This document shows, one piece after another, positions 17,422-26,067 of a stretch of DNA of 43,760 nucleotides (position 1 is the first letter of the stretch; each line of letters starts with the position of its first letter). The translations under genes and the position numbers were made by a program. The stretch is from a virus (taxonomy: Duplodnaviria; Caudoviricetes). The notes beneath the pieces are model-generated. The model did not search any database. It was not told the DNA's origin and saw only the letters and a list, made by a program, of their open reading frames with translations. The stretch covers positions 1-43,760 of the IMG/VR virus record IMGVR_UViG_3300033485_000035, one strand, 5' to 3'.

Positions 17422-18231
17422 CTAGGCTCTCCCGTCCTTCCGCGAGTTATCGGCTGCCAGCGAAGCCGCCACAATCGTTTCCACAGCGCTCATCGCGGCC
17501 GCGACCTTGTCGCGGCGCGTGCGCACGAGCGCCTCAAGTCGTTCGTCCACTACCTCGGCCACGACGCGCCTTAAACGCGTCTCGTCCTCGAATCCAATGC
17601 CCCGCGCTTTGCGCTCGCGCGGGGGGAGCTGCCTGAGCGAACCATTGTTCCAGCGAGCCACGCGCGCAGCAGAGCGCGAGTCGAGAAGCGCGTAGGGGTT
17701 GGCCGGCACGGACACGAGAGAGATTTCCAGCAGCGACATGCGGCCGAACACGAGCTGCCCGGCATCCTGGTCGATCTTCGGCTCCTCTTCGGGCAGGAAA
17801 CCGACGGACATGGCCCGCAGGAAGCCGCGCTCAACCTGACCGGCCTTCTTGCGCGCGAACTCGTCGTCCAAGTCCATCTGCGCCTGCACATGCAGGCCGT
17901 TCTGGCGCGGATCGAAGCCACGCGTAGCGAACACGATCGCGCTGTGGTCGTGATTGAAGAGGCCAACCGGGTTCCTCATGTAGGCGTCCATGCTCGGCAC
18001 GAAGCCCGAGACGGGCAACACCCACCGATCGTGGTCGGGGTCGATCGTCGACGCGTACCCCGAGAACGTGCCGCCCCAGCTCGCGTCGAACGGGAAGCCC
18101 CGCTCGGCCGGCGCTTCGACGGCACCCGAGGCCACGCGAATCGACAAGGCCTGCATCAGCTCGTCGACGATGAGGTTGGCGCTGCGGGCGCTCTTCAGGT
18201 CGGGCACCCAACGGGTCAGGCGGTCTGCCAT
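17422..18231 (-). CDS. HK97-family prohead protease
   Basis: FSGYAST, NPVGLFNHDH, GFLRAMSVGF, LLEISLVSVPANPYA. Confidence 0.95.
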   Translation of the reverse strand: MADRLTRWVPDLKSARSANLIVDELMQALSIRVASGAVEAPAERGFPFDASWGGTFSGYASTIDPDHDRWVLPVSGFVPSMDAYMRNPVGLFNHDHSAIVFATRGFDPRQNGLHVQAQMDLDDEFARKKAGQVERGFLRAMSVGFLPEEEPKIDQDAGQLVFGRMSLLEISLVSVPANPYALLDSRSAARVARWNNGSLRQLPPRERKARGIGFEDETRLRRVVAEVVDERLEALVRTRRDKVAAAMSAVETIVAASLAADNSRKDGRA

Positions 18232-18893
18232 TCCTGGTACCTCTCTCTCGATCCGTCCTGCCAGGGGCCGAACTGCGCTGTCGACAGCGAGCGGCGCACG
18301 GTGATCAGCGGCCGGCGCAGCATGTGGACTCGGATGCTCGGGTTGGCCACGTACTTTATGAAGAAGTCGAAGTGCTCGCCGTGCGAGATCATGGGGTCGA
18401 AGAGCACGCGCAGTGCCCGCTCCGTGCGCACCGCGTAGGACACGTTCGGCACGATCAGCTTGGCGCGTGTCGGGGCCTCAAGCAGCTTGGCCCGCGTATC
18501 GGCGTCGAACGGCACGTGATTGTAGGAGCCGCTGCCGTCCTCGAAGAAGTGCTCGCCGTAGTAGAGGTCGGCCTCCTTCGCGTCCTGCAGGTCGGCCCAG
18601 GCCGTAGGAAGCATCAGGTCGTCGGCATCTATGAACAGGCACCACTCGAAGCCGGCCGCGTCGGCCGCTCTGATTCCGATGTTGCGCGCCTCGCTGCGGC
18701 CAACGGGGTCGTCGGTCGTGATCACGGCCACGCGATCTCGCTCGTCCTCGAACTGCGGCGCGGGCGGGCTCTGCTGCGCGCCGTCGTAGACGACGACGTG
18801 CAGCGGGAAGGCCGTCGTCGACGCGACGGCATCGCTCACGTGCAGGCGGTGCGGCCCGCGCGCCACAGGCGTGATGACGGCGATTCGGCGCAT
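18216..18893 (-). CDS. Glycosyltransferase family 2 (GT-A fold)
   Basis: IAVITPV, VVVYDG, GRSEARNIGI, FIDADD (DxD), GEHFDF. Confidence 0.88.
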   Translation of the reverse strand: MRRIAVITPVARGPHRLHVSDAVASTTAFPLHVVVYDGAQQSPPAPQFEDERDRVAVITTDDPVGRSEARNIGIRAADAAGFEWCLFIDADDLMLPTAWADLQDAKEADLYYGEHFFEDGSGSYNHVPFDADTRAKLLEAPTRAKLIVPNVSYAVRTERALRVLFDPMISHGEHFDFFIKYVANPSIRVHMLRRPLITVRRSLSTAQFGPWQDGSRERYQEWQTA

Positions 18894-18894
18894 G

Positions 18895-19101
18895 CTAGAA
18901 CGGCTTGTAGGCGGTTTGGGTGTAGATGATCTGCGTGAGCCGCTGGGCCACGAAGGTCAGCTCGATCACGCCGTCCGTGAACCGACGATCGAATCCGGCT
19001 CGACCGGCCGGGTCGGCCTGATGAATGATCTCCGTCAGCATGGCGATCAGGGCTGGCCCCTTGACCTTCTCATCTTCGGTACAGGTAACAGTGGTAGGCA
19101 T
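18895..19101 (-). CDS. Hypothetical protein
   Basis: AGGAG RBS; fills the gap in the operon. Confidence 0.6.
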   Translation of the reverse strand: MPTTVTCTEDEKVKGPALIAMLTEIIHQADPAGRAGFDRRFTDGVIELTFVAQRLTQIIYTQTAYKPF

Positions 19102-19113
19102 GCTCTTCTCCTA

Positions 19114-19635
19114 TCAGGCCGCCCACAGCTCGGCGGTGCCTGTGAACGAGTCATCCTGCACCCCGTCAGCGTCGGCCGTCACGTAGAAGGCCACGCGAGC
19201 GAAGGCTGCCCCGCCCGGTATCTGCTTCACGTCGTTCATCTCGTGGACGATGGCAGTGGCCGTCGTGTAGGTCCACTTGCCGCCCGTACCGGCTCCGCTC
19301 TGCAGCGAAGAGCCCACGAGGATCGGCTCGGTCGCGTTGCCAGCCACACTCGTTGTCGAGAGCACGGGCACCCATAGGTCCTGATACGACAGCTCGACAA
19401 CGGCGTAGGTGAGATCAGTGGCGTCGGTCGCAGCCGCCGTCACCTTGTAGTGCAGGATCAGCTCGCGCGTGCTCTTCGGAATCTGCACGGCATCAGTTAC
19501 ACCGATGCGCGTGGTCGTGCTGGGGGCCGAAGCGATACCGGCCGTCATCGTGCCGAGGATGAGTCGAAGGGGCACCGGCTCGTCGGCCATGCCGAGGCCG
19601 CTGCGCTTGTCAGTCGTGGTCACGGTTCCAGGCAT
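19114..19635 (-). CDS. Hypothetical virion-type protein
   Basis: GGAGGAG RBS, abutting the portal stop; T/A/G-rich beta-type sequence. Confidence 0.65.
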   Translation of the reverse strand: MPGTVTTTDKRSGLGMADEPVPLRLILGTMTAGIASAPSTTTRIGVTDAVQIPKSTRELILHYKVTAAATDATDLTYAVVELSYQDLWVPVLSTTSVAGNATEPILVGSSLQSGAGTGGKWTYTTATAIVHEMNDVKQIPGGAAFARVAFYVTADADGVQDDSFTGTAELWAA

Positions 19636-21930
19636 CTACTCCTCCTCGCTGCTGCCCGTCTCGGACAGTCCTTCGACAACCGGCACCAGAGTGCAGCGGC
19701 AGTTGATCACTTCGCTGGCCGGCCCCATCGGGTCGCCTGGAAACTGCAGCTGGCAGCGGCGACCCTGATCGTCTACTAAGTCGAACAAGTCGTCGGCCGC
19801 ACGCACCTGGCCATCAGCGCGCGCATGCGACGGGCGCACGAACGCGTCGTGCGACGACAGCCATTCCATCTTCTCGACGCCGGCCTGACGGAAGCCTTCG
19901 AGCGTGCCCGAGTTGGCCGCCGAGATCGCCTCTGTGCGCGCGATGCGCTCTGCGCGCATCGTTCCAACCTCATCGCGTATGCGCTCGGTCAGCTCGTCAA
20001 GGCCGAGGCCTGACTCGCTGAGAGTGGCGCGCAGGCCGTCGAGCAAGCTGTCGGTGACACGGACCATGCGCTCGGTGTCGCGTTCGACGAGGCCAAGCAG
20101 CTCAGGCGCTCCGTCGTCGAACGTCACCATCTTCCCGACCTGCTGCGCGATGCTTTTCGCTGCCTCTTCTCCGAAGCGCGCTACGACGGCCTGGTAGATG
20201 CGGCCGTGTCCGTCAACGGCCTCCGCGATCAGCTCGTTTGGATCGGGCAGGTAGAACGAAGCATCGAGGGGCAGCAGCTCGCGCACGGCTTTCGTGCCGA
20301 CCTCCGGCGTCGGCGGGTGCGCAGTGAGGCGGCGCACGATGTAGGCCGCGAGATCGGAGAACAGGCTATCCCAATACGAGTGGAGCTCTCGCTCGGCCGC
20401 GCGCAAGCGACGATCGAAGCCGCGCCAGGAGGCTTTGCGCCGCCTGGCCCGCTCGGTGAGGGGGACGATCTCAGCATCGAGGATGCCGCGAGCCGCACGC
20501 CTGTCCTGCGTAGCGGAGGCCGCAGCGCGTTCTTGGCTCGCATCGGCATCCTCGACGTTGTCAGCCTCGTCCCCCTCGGGCGCGGGCGGGGGCTCGCCCG
20601 GGCCACCCCCCGCGTTTGGCATGATGATGGGCGGGGGTGGCGGCTCGGGCGGCTCAAGCATCTGGTCGACGGGCATCAGAGAACTCATTACGTAATGCGT
20701 GTCGCCGCCCTCGTACGTGTCGCGGCCTTCCTCTGCAAGGATCTCGTTCGGCGTGCGCAGGGCGAAGGAGATCAGCTTGGTCTGCCGATCTACCTTCGCG
20801 TTCTCGTCCTCCTGCAGGGCCTGCACGCCGCTCAGGTCGATGGAGAAGTAGAGGCCCGGCCGGCGCGGATCGGTGCTCGGCGCGACACGAGTGGCGATCG
20901 TACGGTTGACGGCTCCCTCGACGCGGGCCACGAGCGGCTTCTGCAGGTTCGTCCAGTACGTGCGATCCTGCATCTCGACCTGGGCGTAGTTGGCATTCTT
21001 GAAGTCACCGGCCACAGCGGGCGGCGTCGTATTCGCGGCCAGGATCTCTTCGCGGATGAGGCGCATCAGGGACTCGAAGCCGAGGTCCTTGTGCGAGGCC
21101 TCCCAGGGCTTGAGCTTGAGGCCCTTGTCGAAGAGCAGCACGCTCCACGCCTTCTCTTCGCCCTCGACTTGACTCACAATCTGCTCAAGCAGGCGGCCGA
21201 ACGATGCGTCGTCCAAGTCCTCGTCAGTCTCGGCGATGGCACTTGGCCGAGCGCCCTTCTTGAAAAAGCGGGCGTTCCACTTCGTGGCCTTGTACATCGT
21301 GTCTAGCAGCAACATGATCGGAGACTGAGGGGAGAGGCCGAAGGCGATCGGGTTCTCGGGATCGAAGAGGGAGAAGAATGCTACGGACTCACGCGGGAAT
21401 CTGCGCTCGATGCCGCCCAGCGTCGTGTACTTCCATTCCTTGATAACGTCGCTCGGTGTGAGGACGGGATCGAGGCGGTGGGGCAGTAGGGGCCACATTT
21501 CGACGACAGGCCCCTGCAGGTTCGGCGTGAGCGTTTCGAGCAACGAGCCGGCTGAGCCGGCCGTGTACAGGTACGTGACCTGTGACTCCATCCACTCCTG
21601 GTAGCCCATGAGCAGATTGGGCCGAGAGAGGAGCGAGGAGAGCGGGTTGTCCTCGGGAGCCTCGGGGTCCTCAGGCTTGGGGCCCGTGCGAACCTTGAAG
21701 GGGAGGCCGGAGAGATCGCGGGCAATGCGGGAGACGGCCGAGTAGACCCAGCCGATGTTCTTGTAGGCCTGAATGCCCCACAGGCGGTGATCGTTCCCGG
21801 TCTGGAACGTCGAGGTATCGAGGACCTGTCGATCGCCGCGAGCCGCTGTGGCCGTGATGCGGCGAACGTGAGGCATCCGGCCATTGCCGGTGTTCGCCAG
21901 CTCGAACCGATCTACCGAGACGGCCACCAA
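19636..21930 (-). CDS. HK97-family portal protein fused to an SPP1 gp7 / Mu gpF-like head morphogenesis domain
   Basis: Portal motifs WVYSAVSRIA, NARFFKKGARPS, ANYA, TPNEI. A Pro/acidic linker is followed by RAERIARTE, EWLSSHD..VRPSH and FPGDP..PASEVINCRC. Confidence 0.92.
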   Translation of the reverse strand: MVAVSVDRFELANTGNGRMPHVRRITATAARGDRQVLDTSTFQTGNDHRLWGIQAYKNIGWVYSAVSRIARDLSGLPFKVRTGPKPEDPEAPEDNPLSSLLSRPNLLMGYQEWMESQVTYLYTAGSAGSLLETLTPNLQGPVVEMWPLLPHRLDPVLTPSDVIKEWKYTTLGGIERRFPRESVAFFSLFDPENPIAFGLSPQSPIMLLLDTMYKATKWNARFFKKGARPSAIAETDEDLDDASFGRLLEQIVSQVEGEEKAWSVLLFDKGLKLKPWEASHKDLGFESLMRLIREEILAANTTPPAVAGDFKNANYAQVEMQDRTYWTNLQKPLVARVEGAVNRTIATRVAPSTDPRRPGLYFSIDLSGVQALQEDENAKVDRQTKLISFALRTPNEILAEEGRDTYEGGDTHYVMSSLMPVDQMLEPPEPPPPPIIMPNAGGGPGEPPPAPEGDEADNVEDADASQERAAASATQDRRAARGILDAEIVPLTERARRRKASWRGFDRRLRAAERELHSYWDSLFSDLAAYIVRRLTAHPPTPEVGTKAVRELLPLDASFYLPDPNELIAEAVDGHGRIYQAVVARFGEEAAKSIAQQVGKMVTFDDGAPELLGLVERDTERMVRVTDSLLDGLRATLSESGLGLDELTERIRDEVGTMRAERIARTEAISAANSGTLEGFRQAGVEKMEWLSSHDAFVRPSHARADGQVRAADDLFDLVDDQGRRCQLQFPGDPMGPASEVINCRCTLVPVVEGLSETGSSEEE

Positions 21931-21989
21931 GCCAACCGATCTGCCTTCCGCTTGGCCAATCGGCGTGGACGAGTACCGCTATGCGGCCG

Positions 21990-22011
21990 GCGCCGTCAAC
22001 AGGAAAAATCG
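21990..22011 (-). promoter_or_regulatory. 22-bp motif containing TTGACG upstream of the portal (candidate late promoter/operator)
   Basis: CGATTTTTCCTGTTGACGGCGC, 20/22 identical to 33407-33428. Confidence 0.55.
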
Positions 22012-22018
22012 CGGGGGC

Positions 22019-23515
22019 TTACCGGACAGCCTGCAGCAGGCGAACCCGATGCTCCGAGAGGAGCGTCGTGGCCCGGGCGGCGTAGGCCAGCGCGTCGACC
22101 TGGTCGTCGTGGGTGCCGGTCGGGAAGTGCACCAGCTCGTCGATCAGGTCGGCTAGCCAAGGGGCAGCCTCGGGTACGAAGAAGTCTCCGGCCGCCATCA
22201 TCGCCTCTAAAGGCATGGCACGAGTGACTTTATCTCCTCGCGCCTCGATCGGCCTGATCTTGATGCCCTGAATCCGGCGCTTGCCTTCCTGCACGAAGGC
22301 GGCCTGGTAGGCGGTAGCCTCGACGCCGATCCAGTCGAGCCGGTGCATGAGGCCGACGGCCCGGGCCTGCTCGATCTGATTCGAGAACTCAAGGCGCTGC
22401 CGGTGAACGTCGAGCAGGAGCAGGCGCGGGCGCACCCACAGGAAGGCGGCCGTCACGGTGTAATCGGCCGTCGTCTTGAGCGAGATAGCCAGGTCCATCG
22501 TGCCGAACCGGATGCCCGAGGAGAAGGCTACGCGGCGCTCCACGCCCGAATCGTCGAGCACGTAGCAGCCGGCATCCCGGTCGATGCGGTAAAAGCGCAG
22601 GTACCCAGCCTTGAGGATGCCGCCCTCAAGGGGCTGCGGCCGCTGCCGGTACTGGCCGTTCCAGACGGTCGGCCCGCGCTCGGTTCGGATGGCTTTCAGC
22701 ACGTGGGCTGGCCAGCGCTCGGGCCACAGCGCTTCCCCCTCCGCCCGGCCCAGCGCGTCGTCGGGCGACTCGGCCAGGGCGGGCAAGTCGATGATCTCGA
22801 TGCGGCGGCCCGTCTCCTTGGCCTGCCTGATCGTGCGGCCGATCGGGTCGTCCTCGTGCCAGCGACTCATCACGAGCACGGCCGAGGCACGAGGCTCAAG
22901 GCGGGTCATGAAGGTGCCGTTCCACTCCTGCCAGACCTTCTCGCGGGTGGCTGGCGAGTTGGCCTCCTCCCAGTTTTTCAGCAGGTCGTCACCGACGAGG
23001 AACTTGGCCCCCCGGCCCGCCGCGCCCGACGTGATCCCGACGGCGCGCAGGCCGCCGCCGCGCGTGGTCTGGAACTCGCGCTTCGTTTGCATCGTCGGCC
23101 GAAGCGTGAGGCCTAGCGTCTGGCCGTGCTCGGCGATCGTCGCGATGCACTTGCCACTCCACACTTCGGCCAGGTCGTCGGCGTAGCTCGTGAGGATGAT
23201 CGGCCAGTCGGGAAAGACGGAGAGCAGCCAAACGATCATCCAATGGGAGATCAGCTCACTCTTGCCGTGCCTCACCGGCATCTGGACGATCAGCAGGCTG
23301 TTCGGCGTTAGAGCCGTTGCCATTAGACGGCGGCTCAAGAAGTCGAGATGCCTCGCCCGCACCCACTTGCCACCCGACAAGACCTGGGCCATCGAGGCCG
23401 GCGTCAAGCGCCAAGCGATCGGCAGCAGCGTTTGCGAGTTGGCTGGCGAGATCGAGGGCGACGGGGTCGGCCGCGAACTGCTGGACAAGGATCGAGATTT
23501 GCGTGGCCTTGTCAT
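22019..23515 (-). CDS. terL: Terminase large subunit (Terminase_6-type); true start may be 23392
   Basis: Walker A MPVRHGKSE, GRGAKFLVGDD, MSRWHEDD, QYRQRP; nuclease motifs DLAIS..TADYT and FPTGTHDDQVDA. Confidence 0.95.
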   Translation of the reverse strand: MTRPRKSRSLSSSSRPTPSPSISPANSQTLLPIAWRLTPASMAQVLSGGKWVRARHLDFLSRRLMATALTPNSLLIVQMPVRHGKSELISHWMIVWLLSVFPDWPIILTSYADDLAEVWSGKCIATIAEHGQTLGLTLRPTMQTKREFQTTRGGGLRAVGITSGAAGRGAKFLVGDDLLKNWEEANSPATREKVWQEWNGTFMTRLEPRASAVLVMSRWHEDDPIGRTIRQAKETGRRIEIIDLPALAESPDDALGRAEGEALWPERWPAHVLKAIRTERGPTVWNGQYRQRPQPLEGGILKAGYLRFYRIDRDAGCYVLDDSGVERRVAFSSGIRFGTMDLAISLKTTADYTVTAAFLWVRPRLLLLDVHRQRLEFSNQIEQARAVGLMHRLDWIGVEATAYQAAFVQEGKRRIQGIKIRPIEARGDKVTRAMPLEAMMAAGDFFVPEAAPWLADLIDELVHFPTGTHDDQVDALAYAARATTLLSEHRVRLLQAVR

Positions 23516-23891
23516 TCCCGCTCCCTTCGACCACGTAGTTGCGCGGTACCTCTAGGCCGGGCACAAGCCGGCAGCGGCGCTCGCTGATTCGCAACGCGCG
23601 GTCGATCGCGTCGAGTGCGCCTTGCTGCACGGCCGGCCAGATGGCGAACAGCATGCGATCGAGGCGCAGTAGCTCGACGACGCGCAGCTCTTCGGCTGCC
23701 TCAAGCGGGATCGTGTCGACCTCGTTGCTCACGGCCGTTGCGCACGTCTTGGCGCTCTTGTACCCGGTGGCCTCCGCGATCTGCGCGTATGGCGCGCCCG
23801 AGATGCGCATCTGCACGGCCCGCGCGCGCTGCAAGGCCCAGTTGACTCGACGTGGGCTCGTTTTCGATTCACCTATGCCTTGTCCCATCAC
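23256..23891 (-). CDS. terS: Terminase small subunit
   Basis: HTH RAVQMRISGAPYAQIAEATGY; ELLRLDRML..IWP..G...AIDRALRISERRCRL.G; precedes terL. Confidence 0.85.
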   Translation of the reverse strand: MMGQGIGESKTSPRRVNWALQRARAVQMRISGAPYAQIAEATGYKSAKTCATAVSNEVDTIPLEAAEELRVVELLRLDRMLFAIWPAVQQGALDAIDRALRISERRCRLVPGLEVPRNYVVEGSGNDKATQISILVQQFAADPVALDLASQLANAAADRLALDAGLDGPGLVGWQVGAGEASRLLEPPSNGNGSNAEQPADRPDAGEARQE

Positions 23892-24490
23892 ACGGTCCCC
23901 ACGCTGCAGAGCCAGTTACGCGCCGGGTCGCCCCCGAGACGCGACGGCTGCTCGGCCGCGAGATCAGAGATCGGTTGCAGGCCTCGCGCGTGCACGACGC
24001 GCACGCTGCCCTGGTCGTTCCAGTTTTCCGGCCAGGACCACTTCTCGAACGAGCCTCGATTGATCCAGCCGACGAGCTGCACCCAGCGGCCCTCGGGTTG
24101 CTCGGGCATGGCGATCGCTAGCACGGCCAGGTCGGCGCGCATCGGCTTGTCGTCTCGGAAGAAGAGGCACGTGGCCGCGCCGAAGTCGCGGTCGCGCGTG
24201 CGCACCTCGACCGTGTAGGGCTCGCCCCACTGGCCGAGGATGATCGTATCGTAGTGCCGATCTCCGTCGTGCCGGTAGTCGCGCTGCAGGCGGCCGCCGC
24301 TGTACCTGCAGAATGCGATCTCGCCGGCCGCGCCGTCAATGTGGCACGCGAGCGCCGTCTTGCGTCCCGATCGGTGGAGTTGCTTCGACACTAGACCGAT
24401 GCGGTTCCTCTGTCTTGCCAGCTCGTGGGCCATTTCACAATCGCTTCCGTCGAGCCAGACGCGCTCACGTATTGGCGCTTTACTGCCCAT
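23888..24490 (-). CDS. Putative PD-(D/E)xK nuclease-fold protein
   Basis: GGAG RBS; GAAGEIAF...D.HYD...VEVRT...LVGWI. Confidence 0.55.
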   Translation of the reverse strand: MGSKAPIRERVWLDGSDCEMAHELARQRNRIGLVSKQLHRSGRKTALACHIDGAAGEIAFCRYSGGRLQRDYRHDGDRHYDTIILGQWGEPYTVEVRTRDRDFGAATCLFFRDDKPMRADLAVLAIAMPEQPEGRWVQLVGWINRGSFEKWSWPENWNDQGSVRVVHARGLQPISDLAAEQPSRLGGDPARNWLCSVGTV

Positions 24491-24590
24491 ACGACTCTCC
24501 CTCCTGACGGATCGGTTCCGGCCTCGTACAGCGCGGCCTGGCCGCAGTAGGCCACGTCCATCCAAATCGAATCGCAGTCCAACCTGAGCC

Positions 24591-24845
24591 TCATGCCTCG
24601 TCTCCGTTGATGAACGAGTCCTCGATCTGCCGCCTGATAGCTTCGGCTGCGTCGCGCATCAGGAAGGCCTCGAACGACTCGGGGCCGATCGACTCGGCGC
24701 TCACAGTGACGGCCGAGCGAAAACGCGCGGCCTCGAAGCCCACGAACCGATGCACTGCGGTCGGCGCAGCGGCGGCCAGCGTTTCGAGCGCCTTCCCGGC
24801 GAACGGGAGCGCGAACAGCGCGGCCATGAAGCGCCGACGATCCAT
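24591..24845 (-). CDS. 84-aa protein with twin-arginine-like leader and capsid spine-helix-like C-terminus
   Basis: TGATG-coupled to folE; MDRRRFMAALFALPFAG; IRRQIEDSFINGD versus MCP IRRAIEDAMINGD. Confidence 0.75.
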   Translation of the reverse strand: MDRRRFMAALFALPFAGKALETLAAAAPTAVHRFVGFEAARFRSAVTVSAESIGPESFEAFLMRDAAEAIRRQIEDSFINGDEA

Positions 24846-25420
24846 CAGTCCGTCTCCCTGTCGAGCGCGAAGAACTCGCGGCGCACTTGCGGCTCCCTGA
24901 ACAAGCCGAGCAGAGAGCTGGTCACCATCTCCCCCCGCGCCTTGATCCCCCTCGCGCCCATGCACGTATGATGCGCGCGCACGATCACCCCGACCCCCTG
25001 CGGATCGAGCGCTTGCATCATATCTCCTGCGATCTCTCTGGTCATCCGTTCTTGGAGCTGCAGTCGGCGGGCGTGGGCATCGACGAGCCGGGCCATCTTG
25101 GAGAGGCCCACTACGAGCCCGTCCTTGCCCGGCAGATAGGCCACTGAGGCCGTGCCATGAAAGGGCATCAGGTGGTGCTCGCAGAGCGAGTAGAACGGGA
25201 CCCGGCAGAGCGCTATCATCTCGTCGGCCCGCTCGTGGAACCGGGCCGCGCGTAGCATCGCAGCCGTGTCGATCTCGACGCCTCGCGTCATCTCGCGCAG
25301 AGCCTCGATGAAACGGCGCGGCGTGTCGGCTAGGCCTTCGCGCGTTGGGTCCTCGCCCAAGTGCCTGAGCACGTAGCGCACCGCGCTGCCGACCGCATCT
25401 CTCTGCCGAGCGGGGTCCAT
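24845..25420 (-). CDS. folE: GTP cyclohydrolase I
   Basis: GEDPTREGLADTPRR, FYSLCEHH, GLSKMAR, RLQLQER, HTCMGARG. Confidence 0.96.
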   Translation of the reverse strand: MDPARQRDAVGSAVRYVLRHLGEDPTREGLADTPRRFIEALREMTRGVEIDTAAMLRAARFHERADEMIALCRVPFYSLCEHHLMPFHGTASVAYLPGKDGLVVGLSKMARLVDAHARRLQLQERMTREIAGDMMQALDPQGVGVIVRAHHTCMGARGIKARGEMVTSSLLGLFREPQVRREFFALDRETD

Positions 25421-25422
25421 AG

Positions 25423-26067
25423 CTACCGCACGCCGATCCACTTGTGGGTCTGCAGAGAGAGACGCCATGAGGGGTTCTCCGTGATGAGGCCCAGGCACCA
25501 GTGCACGGCGCGCGGGTCCAGCTCTGGGCCATCGAACGCGGGCGAGATGAGGTAGTGCTCGGCCAGAATCTGCGTCTTGGGCAGCCCCTGCCCGTACGCG
25601 CGGACGTACTTGGCCTCGTGCGCCCGCGTCTGCCTTATCGAGTGCTCGGCCGTCTTGGGTGACACGGTGATCCAGTCGATGGGCAGTGCTTCGCCGGCCT
25701 CGTCGACTAGGGCCACCGTGCCGTTCGTCTCGATGGCCACAGAGAAACCGAGTGCGTGCAGGCCGTCGAGCAAGCGCCGATCGACTTGGAGCGCGGGCTC
25801 GCCGCCCGTCAGGCAGACCCACTCGATGCGGCCGCCCAGGCGCTGCCTCTCCTCGGCCACCTCGTGCAACAGCTCGGCCAGCGACAGCTCTCGCCCGCTC
25901 GTGAACTCGCTGTCGCAGTCGAAGCCCTGCGGGCTGTCCTTGGAGCACGCGAGGTTGCAGCCCGCGAAGCGCACGAAGAGATGCGCGAGGCCGGCATGCA
26001 AGCCCTCACCTTGCACGGACCCGAACACTTCGTTCACGTGGTACAGGCCGGCTTCGTGGTGCCTCAT
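25423..26067 (-). CDS. queE: 7-carboxy-7-deazaguanine synthase (radical SAM)
   Basis: EVFGSVQGEG, FVRFAGCNLAC...CD, LTGGEP.LQ, IETNG, VSPK, WRLSLQTHK. Confidence 0.95.
   Translation of the reverse strand: MRHHEAGLYHVNEVFGSVQGEGLHAGLAHLFVRFAGCNLACSKDSPQGFDCDSEFTSGRELSLAELLHEVAEERQRLGGRIEWVCLTGGEPALQVDRRLLDGLHALGFSVAIETNGTVALVDEAGEALPIDWITVSPKTAEHSIRQTRAHEAKYVRAYGQGLPKTQILAEHYLISPAFDGPELDPRAVHWCLGLITENPSWRLSLQTHKWIGVR

Noticed and set aside
24391-24594. 67-aa ORF MRLRLDCDS...
   Set aside because: It has ATGA coupling but overlaps the next gene by ~100 nt and shows no motif; too uncertain to call.
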